Shown one piece after another: positions 43,402-50,298 of a DNA stretch of 50,298 nucleotides. The notes under the pieces were generated by a model. The model had not been told where the DNA came from, ran no database searches, and saw nothing but the letters and a program-made list of their open reading frames with translations. Every line of letters begins with the position of its first letter. The first letter of the stretch is position 1. Origin of the DNA: a bacterium (GTDB lineage: Bacteria; Patescibacteriota; Patescibacteriia; SBBB01); contig SBBB01000002.1 in assembly GCA_005239895.1 (NCBI GenBank), positions 1 through 50,298 on the forward strand, written 5' to 3'. A program made the translations under genes and the position numbers.

Positions 43402-44736
43402 ATGAAATATAATGATATTATTTTAAGAACTCAAAGAAATGACACTGATTCAGCTATTTCCCCTGGAACTCGTTTATTAATTCGTGGAGGCTTTATGGAA
43501 CAAATTGCGAGTGGAATTTGGATTACAACCCCTGTAGGATTAATGGTTAGACGCAATGTAGAAAACTTGGTACGGAAAGGAATGCAAACAACTGGAGCTA
43601 TTGAGCTTGAATTACCTATTCTGCAACCCAAAACCTTATGGGACGAAACTGATCGCTGGCAAAAATATTTAAAAGAAAATATTGCTTTTCATTTAACCGA
43701 TAGAAAAGACAATGAGTTTATGCTCGCACCCACAGCCGAAGAAGTTATTACTCGTTTCGCTGCTAATAACCTACCGACTTATCGCGATTTACCTAAAATA
43801 TTCTGGCAAATGACACCTAAATTCCGTGACGAACTACGACCCAGACAAGGAATTATTCGTGGTAGAGAATTTATTATGAAAGATGCTTATTCATTTAATA
43901 TAGATGAAAGCAGTATGGCGCACTCTTTTGATCTTATGGAAAAAGCGTATCAACAAATTTTTACGCAATGCGGTTTTGATTTCGTACAAGTAACAGCTGA
44001 TTCCGGAACAATTGGCGGAAGTGGCAGCGCTGAATTTATGGCTATCTCTGATACGGGCGAAGATGTTTTATGGTGTTGTCAAAATTGTGATTACAAAGGC
44101 AATCAAGAAACTTTTCATAATTTAGTGGAAAATGCAACCCCGGAATGTCCTAAATGTAAAAATACTAATTTAGAGGAAAAACGAGGCATTGAATTAGGTC
44201 ATATTTTTCAACTCCAACAAACCTATTCTAAACTAATGAATGCTGGTTTCATGAATTCCGATGGAATAAAATCTTTTTACTGGATGGGATGTTATGGTAT
44301 TGGTATATCTAGAATCGCCCAAGCCATAGTTGAACAGTCTAATGATGAACAGGGAATTATTTGGCCGTTAAGTCTAGCGCCATTCACAGGGGTTGTTATT
44401 CCGGTAAATACTGACAAACACTTAGATACTGCTATCAATATATATACTCAACTGCAGCAAGCTGGAATAAACGTTCTATTAGATGATCGACCCAAACATA
44501 TCGGAGAAAAATTAACTGATGCAGAATTATTAGGTTGGCCATTTCAAATCTTAATTGGTAAAAATTGGGATCAAGATAAAAAATTGGAAGTCCGCCAGCG
44601 CTGGAAAAAAAATTATGACCGCGAAATGTTTACTCAAAAAGATGAAAACTCCACCCCGCTAGCAACCTTGACTTTGACAGAACTGCAGAACTATCTTGTA
44701 AAATGTATTAATAACCCTAACAACCAACTATGCTAA
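43402..44736 (+). CDS. proS: Prolyl-tRNA synthetase, bacterial type without the INS editing domain
   Basis: LAPTAEE, KFRDELRP..GIIRGREF.MKDAYSF, GIELGHIFQL, MGCYGIGISR, GIIWP...AP. Confidence 0.96.
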   Translation: MKYNDIILRTQRNDTDSAISPGTRLLIRGGFMEQIASGIWITTPVGLMVRRNVENLVRKGMQTTGAIELELPILQPKTLWDETDRWQKYLKENIAFHLTDRKDNEFMLAPTAEEVITRFAANNLPTYRDLPKIFWQMTPKFRDELRPRQGIIRGREFIMKDAYSFNIDESSMAHSFDLMEKAYQQIFTQCGFDFVQVTADSGTIGGSGSAEFMAISDTGEDVLWCCQNCDYKGNQETFHNLVENATPECPKCKNTNLEEKRGIELGHIFQLQQTYSKLMNAGFMNSDGIKSFYWMGCYGIGISRIAQAIVEQSNDEQGIIWPLSLAPFTGVVIPVNTDKHLDTAINIYTQLQQAGINVLLDDRPKHIGEKLTDAELLGWPFQILIGKNWDQDKKLEVRQRWKKNYDREMFTQKDENSTPLATLTLTELQNYLVKCINNPNNQLC

Positions 44737-45767
44737 CTATAGGTATTGTGGGTTTGCCAAATGTGGGAAAATCGACTCTGTTTCAGGTTTTAACTAAAAA
44801 ACAAGTTTTAATTGCTAATTACCCTTTTGCAACTATTGAACCAAATATTGGAGTGGTTAATGTTCCTGATGAACGCTTAGAAATATTAGGTAAAATCTCT
44901 AAATCTGGGAAAATTGTTCCCACTACTGTTTCTTTTGTAGATATAGCTGGTTTAGTAAAGGGTGCTAACTCCGGTGAAGGTCTGGGCAATAAGTTTTTAT
45001 CCCACATACGTGAAGTTGATGCTATCTGTGAAGTTGTTCGTTCTTTCAAAGATGATAATGTAATGCATGTATCGGGAAGCATTGACCCTAAAACTGATAT
45101 AGAGGTTATTAGTATAGAATTAGCTTTGGCTGATTTAAATGTTGTTAACCAAAACCTAGAACCATCTAAAACAAATAAAAAAAATGCCGATCCTAAGCGA
45201 ACTGAGGTTTTAGAAAAACTGAAAAAACATCTTGAAACGGGATCTACGACCAATATAATGTCTGAATTATCTGAAGATGAAAGAGTTTTAATAAAACCTT
45301 TTAATTTATTAACCTTAAAGCCTAAAATGTATGTTACGAATATTGATGAATCGGATTTAAAAATAGCTAACAACTCAAACGATCCAGGTCATATTCAAGT
45401 TTGCGCTAAATTAGAACTAGAATTAGCTGAACTTCCTGAAGATATGCAATTAGATTATTTACAAAACTATGGAATGACTGAGAGTGGAATAAATAAAATT
45501 ATTCACGCTGGTTATAAAATGCTAAACTTACTTACATTTATAACAACCGGAGAAATGGAAACTAAAGCTTGGACAATTACAGCTGGATCTACAGCTATTG
45601 AAGCTGCGGGCAAAATACACACTGATTTTATTAAAAAGTTTATACGCGCTGAAATCACTACTTATGAAGACTTTATTAAAACCAATGGTAAATGCCATCC
45701 ACGTTTAGAAGGAAAAAATTATATTATGCAAGAAGGAGATATAGTTTATTTTAGAATAAATAACTAA
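44730..45767 (+). CDS. ychF: Redox-regulated ATPase YchF (Obg family)
   Basis: GIVGLPNVGKSTLF, ANYPFATIEPN, DIAGLV.GA..GEGLGNKFL, AGKIHTDF, EGKNYIMQEGD. Confidence 0.97.
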   Translation: MLTIGIVGLPNVGKSTLFQVLTKKQVLIANYPFATIEPNIGVVNVPDERLEILGKISKSGKIVPTTVSFVDIAGLVKGANSGEGLGNKFLSHIREVDAICEVVRSFKDDNVMHVSGSIDPKTDIEVISIELALADLNVVNQNLEPSKTNKKNADPKRTEVLEKLKKHLETGSTTNIMSELSEDERVLIKPFNLLTLKPKMYVTNIDESDLKIANNSNDPGHIQVCAKLELELAELPEDMQLDYLQNYGMTESGINKIIHAGYKMLNLLTFITTGEMETKAWTITAGSTAIEAAGKIHTDFIKKFIRAEITTYEDFIKTNGKCHPRLEGKNYIMQEGDIVYFRINN

Positions 45768-45910
45768 TTGGGAACTAGGAATTAACTTGTAGCTTATTAG
45801 CTTTTTAGTTTGTTACTGACTACTTGTTACTTTTTGGCGCTAAAGCACCTTCAGTTCTATAATTTTAAATTACGGACTTTCGGTCATAAAGGACCTTCAG
45901 TTTTTTATTT

Positions 45911-46942
45911 TTAAATTATTGACTTTCTCCGTTTCTGAATAGCATCTAATAACTTTGGAACTATATTTTCCGTAGAAATTCCATAGGTTTTATAATCTCC
46001 TAAACTAGCAGCCTGATTTAAACTTTTATTAGATGGCTGAACCCCTCCTGTAACTTTATTCCATAATCGCATTACACTCTTTTTAAAAGAAGCTCCGACA
46101 GTTAATTCTTGAAAATAATTTTTATGAAAATCTGAACCAGCTGTACGCAACAAATCATATTTAATAGCCAAACCCTGCATAAACCATACATCAGCCTTAG
46201 TATGACAAGGCACAAAAACCTCTACTCCGTCTAAGCCTTCCTCAATCAACTTTGCAAGAAAAATTTCTAACTCATTATACTTACCATTATAATGCACAGC
46301 AGGGTGAGACCAAATCGCCACACCACCCGTAGAGTGAATTAACCTAATAGCCTGACTAGCTGTTATACGATAACTATTATCAGCGTTTTTTTGATCGGTT
46401 TTTTCTTCAGGCGTAACATCTTTATCAACTTCTTTAATCATACCCGGCATATAAGTATCAATAAATTCAGGCACAGTCGTAATGTTTTTAAGAACTTCAT
46501 TATTTTCTGGTTTAGCTAAAACCGCAGCAGCAATATGAGGCTTGCCAATACTAGGACCCGTAGCGCTCTTTACGACATCACTTAACTCAACTTTAAAACC
46601 ATGTTGATGTAAGCGCTCAATCCATTTTTGTATATTAAGCATTCTGCCTTCTTTAGCCTGAGCGCACCTTTGTAATAATTCTGGATTGGTATGATCGATA
46701 CCCAAACCCAAAATGTGAAAATTGTTTTCTAAAACTGTAATTTCAATACCCGGAATTATAGTAACTCCGGTTTTGATCCCCTCTTCTAATGCGACTGAAA
46801 TTCCATCTACAGTATCATGATCAGTTAGAGCGATTACTTGTAAACCTTGTTTTTGAGCTAGACCAACCAATTCAATAGGGGTATAAGCGCCATCGGACAT
46901 AACAGAATGAACTTGTAAATCTATAATATTTTTCATAATCAT
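45911..46942 (-). CDS. PHP-domain phosphoesterase (YciV/TrpH-like)
   Basis: DLQVHSVMSDG, ALTDHDT, GIEI, HILG, SHP, GVEV, AGSDFH. Confidence 0.88.
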   Translation of the reverse strand: MIMKNIIDLQVHSVMSDGAYTPIELVGLAQKQGLQVIALTDHDTVDGISVALEEGIKTGVTIIPGIEITVLENNFHILGLGIDHTNPELLQRCAQAKEGRMLNIQKWIERLHQHGFKVELSDVVKSATGPSIGKPHIAAAVLAKPENNEVLKNITTVPEFIDTYMPGMIKEVDKDVTPEEKTDQKNADNSYRITASQAIRLIHSTGGVAIWSHPAVHYNGKYNELEIFLAKLIEEGLDGVEVFVPCHTKADVWFMQGLAIKYDLLRTAGSDFHKNYFQELTVGASFKKSVMRLWNKVTGGVQPSNKSLNQAASLGDYKTYGISTENIVPKLLDAIQKRRKSII

Positions 46943-48180
46943 TATAAGGGTTGTCTTTTAGCTGTTCTCAAAAATAAAAATACTATTAAGGCTACAAAAC
47001 ATAATACCGCTCCATACTTAAAAGACAAGGCTGATCCACCCCTGTCCCATAATATGCCAAAAATTAAACTAGCTGGCAAAATAGCTATACCCGTACAAGC
47101 GCTATACATACCGTAAGCGCTGGCTCTGCTAGTTACAGGCACTAATCCAGCTACAATTGCCCTGCCAACTCCATCGGTTAAAGCATTGCAAATTCCATAC
47201 ACTATAAACAGTAACCATAATAAGGGTAAAGAACTGGTTTTGGCAAACCATAAATAAGTTAGGGAAAATAATAACATACCAAGCATAAAAGTGCTACGAT
47301 GACCTATTTTATCAGCTAACAATCCCGCGGGCATTGAAAACAGAGCATACACAATATTATAAACAAAATAAATAATAGGCAAAAACATTAATTGTAAACC
47401 TAACTCTTGACTACGTAATATTAAAAAAGCATCGGACGCCTTACCCAAAGCAAAAATAGTAGAAGCAATTAAAAACACCGTGAATGAAACACCTAAAAAT
47501 TCAAACTTAAATTTGTGATCTGAAAAATCAGACGCTAAAACATAATTTGGACCAATTTTAAGAGAAGGAGAAACCCGCTCTTTAATATCCGTAGATGGTT
47601 TATCTAGCTTTGTATCAGTCACAAAATAACATAAAATTAAAACCGCTAAAAAACTAGCACCAAAAGATAATAAAAACAAAAACCTTAAATCATTATCAAT
47701 GAACGGTAAAATAGCAACTGCGATTAAAGGTCCTAATGCAGCTCCTAAAGTGTCAGCTCCACGATGAAATCCAAAAACCTTTCCTAAAGATTTAGGCAAA
47801 CAAGATAAACTAAGTAATGCATCCCGCGGCGGTTCACGCAAACCCTTACCAACCCGATCAAAAAAACGAACTATCAACACATGCCAAGTATTTAAAGAAA
47901 AAGCTAAGAGTGGTTTACTAATAGTAGATAAACTATATCCAAAAACAATTAAAGGTTTGCGGATCTTAAATTTGTCAGATATTTTTCCAGATATAATTCT
48001 CATAAAACTAGCAGCGGAATCAGCCACGCCCTCAATTAAACCTAGAGATGTAGCGCTAGCTCCCAGGGTAGTAGTAAGAAAAATAGGTATAAAGGGAAAG
48101 ATCATATCCGAAGATACATCGTTTAAAAAACTAACTACCCCCATGGCAATAACATTTTTTGATAAACCAAACATCATCAT
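46942..48180 (-). CDS. Major facilitator superfamily transporter
   Basis: About 12 TM helices; G.ISDK...RK and RFFDRVGKGLR.PPRDAL motifs. Confidence 0.92.
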   Translation of the reverse strand: MMMFGLSKNVIAMGVVSFLNDVSSDMIFPFIPIFLTTTLGASATSLGLIEGVADSAASFMRIISGKISDKFKIRKPLIVFGYSLSTISKPLLAFSLNTWHVLIVRFFDRVGKGLREPPRDALLSLSCLPKSLGKVFGFHRGADTLGAALGPLIAVAILPFIDNDLRFLFLLSFGASFLAVLILCYFVTDTKLDKPSTDIKERVSPSLKIGPNYVLASDFSDHKFKFEFLGVSFTVFLIASTIFALGKASDAFLILRSQELGLQLMFLPIIYFVYNIVYALFSMPAGLLADKIGHRSTFMLGMLLFSLTYLWFAKTSSLPLLWLLFIVYGICNALTDGVGRAIVAGLVPVTSRASAYGMYSACTGIAILPASLIFGILWDRGGSALSFKYGAVLCFVALIVFLFLRTAKRQPL

Positions 48181-48325
48181 AAAATAAAATTACACTTTTT
48201 GTTATTCAGTCTTTTCTTAATCACATTATTATAGCATGATTCTATTTTACCATTTTACTTTGTAAACCTGATAATCCCTTTGAATCTAAACAACTTCAAT
48301 CATAAATCTTATATCTTAAATTATT

Positions 48326-48408
48326 CTCGGCTTTCAACCCTTCGGTTCTAAAAACCACTCGGGGCTGAAGTATCTCGTAACCTTCGGCTTTCTACTTTCT
48401 ACTTTCTA
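48326..48408. repeat. CCTTCGG-rich dispersed element plus (CTTTCTA)3
   Basis: Aligns with 21010-21050. Confidence 0.62.
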
Positions 48409-48555
48409 ACTTTTTTCTCCTGTGGATAAGTAAAACACATTCCTATTCACCTATATTATAAAAAATGTTATAATATTCTTAATTATAAAAATTAATTCAT
48501 CTTGCTTTATAAACTATTTTTAATTTTAAATTAACTAAGGCAGGAAAAATAATAT

Positions 48556-50298
48556 ATGCTACATTTTAAAAACACAAAGAAGGTCGTGCTCTTCTCTTTT
48601 CCAGTTTTGATTTTTTTAATAACTGGTTTTATTTTTTATTCTCCTTTAGCTACACAACAGTGTGTCAATGCCGCAGCCATACAATGTAATCCTGCAGGTG
48701 CCATGATGACAACCTATAGTAATCCAACTGTGGGAACTCAATGGACCAATGTTTCTGGTGGTGTCTACTATAATAGTGGTAATGTTGGAATTGGTATGAG
48801 TAGCACTCCGGGACAAAAATTAAGTGTGGCTGGAACTTTGGGAATTCAAGAAGCTGGTGGTGGAACAGATTACACTATATTCCAAGGTGGTACTCAAGCA
48901 GGTAATGTTACTTACACTCTTCCAACCGCAGCTCCTTCTTCAAACGGACAAGTTCTTTCTGCAACCACAGCTGGAGTATTGTCATGGCAACCTGATGCTA
49001 CGGGTGGTGTTAGTGGCTGGTCGTACTCTAGTCCCAATGTTTCTTTAACAACTAGTGGTGACTCAGTTGGTATTGGAACATCAACGCCTGCTCATAAGCT
49101 ACATGTATATGGTGCCACTGGTAGCGCATTAATGTTAGTTAGTAACACAACCGCCAATGGATATACTTTTTTTCAAGATAATGGTGGTGGAGCAAACAAT
49201 TCCTATTACTCACATAGAATAACAACAAACATGCACCTCTTGTCTTCTAATAAAAATGGATCTGGAACTTTAAGAAAAATGGGATTTAGCGTTGGTGGTG
49301 GTGATAATGAAGCAGATGCTAAATTGGTTATTGATACGAATGGTAGTGTTGGTATTGGAACGACAACACCAGGGGCGCTATTGGATGTTTACAAAACTGG
49401 AATCAATGATCCTTTGGTACGACTTGGTAGTGCAGATACAGCAGGGGGTCCGTCTCTTGTAGTACGTAATGGATCTGGTGATATATCTTTATTTGTTTCT
49501 CCTTTTGCAGATGGTTTCATGCCAGGCACAACTGTAGGAGATGTTGGTATTAGAGTAAACGGACCAACTATAAATGATATTTTCTTTGGAAGTCCAGTAA
49601 CTACATTTATGACTATTAAGAGTTCTGGCAATGTTGGTATTGGAACGGCAACACCGGGCGCAAAACTTGAAGTCGCAGGACAAATAAAAATTACAGGCGG
49701 CACTCCAGGCGCAGGTAAGGTTTTAACTTCTGATAGCACTGGCCTTGCTACATGGGAAACTGGTGGCGGTGGTGGAGGTGGTGGTTGGACTCAAAGTGGA
49801 ACAAATGTTTACACATCTGGCAATGATGTTGGTATTGGAATAACCACTCCTAACAGACGACTAGAAATATCAAGAAACGGACTTCGTACAGAATTCTCAC
49901 TAGGAGAAAACCTGTTCTTAGATGGGCAGGGGGCTACTGTACGAATAACAAACAATGCCTATGTTGATTCTACTGGTGCTTGGGCAATTAAAGATGCAAC
50001 AGCTCGTGCTGCAACCATAGAAATACGCGATACTGGTGTAGTTGATATTTATGGCACTGTTACAGCGGGTGCAACAAACTGGAGTCAAATGCTAGGAATT
50101 GATGCTCCTAATAATAAAGTCTTATTCCCTAATGGCAATGTCGGTATTGGGACGCCGGCGCCAAATACTATACTAGACATTGCTGGCGCTTTATCTGTTC
50201 GAGGAATGGCTGCTCCGGCAGTATCACCAGCAGGACAAGGAAGAATTTATTTTGATTCAACTGCTAATGTATTCAAAGTTTCAGAAAACGGTGGAGCG
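48556..50298 (+). CDS. Secreted fibre/adhesin-like protein with GNVGIGT repeats (3'-truncated by the window; absent from the ORF track)
   Basis: Open frame from ATG 48556 to the window end (581 codons, translated by hand): MLHFKNTKKVVLFSFPVLIFL signal-like N-terminus; six (G/D)(N/S/D)VGIG(T)xxPxxxLxV repeats; two GxVLxxxxxGxxxW motifs. Confidence 0.88.
   Translation, partial: MLHFKNTKKVVLFSFPVLIFLITGFIFYSPLATQQCVNAAAIQCNPAGAMMTTYSNPTVGTQWTNVSGGVYYNSGNVGIGMSSTPGQKLSVAGTLGIQEAGGGTDYTIFQGGTQAGNVTYTLPTAAPSSNGQVLSATTAGVLSWQPDATGGVSGWSYSSPNVSLTTSGDSVGIGTSTPAHKLHVYGATGSALMLVSNTTANGYTFFQDNGGGANNSYYSHRITTNMHLLSSNKNGSGTLRKMGFSVGGGDNEADAKLVIDTNGSVGIGTTTPGALLDVYKTGINDPLVRLGSADTAGGPSLVVRNGSGDISLFVSPFADGFMPGTTVGDVGIRVNGPTINDIFFGSPVTTFMTIKSSGNVGIGTATPGAKLEVAGQIKITGGTPGAGKVLTSDSTGLATWETGGGGGGGGWTQSGTNVYTSGNDVGIGITTPNRRLEISRNGLRTEFSLGENLFLDGQGATVRITNNAYVDSTGAWAIKDATARAATIEIRDTGVVDIYGTVTAGATNWSQMLGIDAPNNKVLFPNGNVGIGTPAPNTILDIAGALSVRGMAAPAVSPAGQGRIYFDSTANVFKVSENGGA

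Noticed and set aside
48421-48429. TGTGGATAA DnaA box suggesting oriC
   Set aside because: Single box with no cluster and no dnaA/dnaN nearby

Overview
AT-rich bacterial chromosome segment read in standard code 11. Gene content points to a Patescibacteria/CPR organism, probably Parcubacteria/ABY1-like (inference from the short TsaB-like protein, ECF sigma plus DUF5667 pair, VanW protein and giant S-layer-like protein). Housekeeping genes: gatB-gatC, secE-nusG-rplK-rplA, clpB, lepA, rpsB, rpmE, prfA, tgt, recA, efp, proS, ychF, three tRNAs (Lys-UUU, Gly-CCC, Tyr-GUA) and an RNase P RNA missed by the ORF track. Envelope genes: a WcaJ-type priming transferase plus two GT4 glycosyltransferases, a 1358-aa S-layer-like protein behind an ECF sigma/putative anti-sigma pair, and a truncated GNVGIGT-repeat fibre adhesin at the right edge, also missing from the ORF track. 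No rRNA, CRISPR array or prophage was found. The most interesting signals are non-coding: (1) a bipartite motif AGGAGTGTAG-[variable hairpin]-GTTATTwmTGAG shared by the upstream regions of the glycan operon and the S-layer gene; (2) a 6S-like long hairpin RNA with a REP palindrome at its apex; (3) an RNase P RNA that appears to mix type A and type B elements; (4) a perfect ECF-type leaderless autoregulatory promoter next to a catalytically degenerate but intact DDE transposase gene; (5) a palindromic bidirectional promoter between tgt and recA; (6) several families of dispersed palindromes and 7/8-mer arrays. All folds, alignments and promoter calls were made by eye and need computational confirmation.
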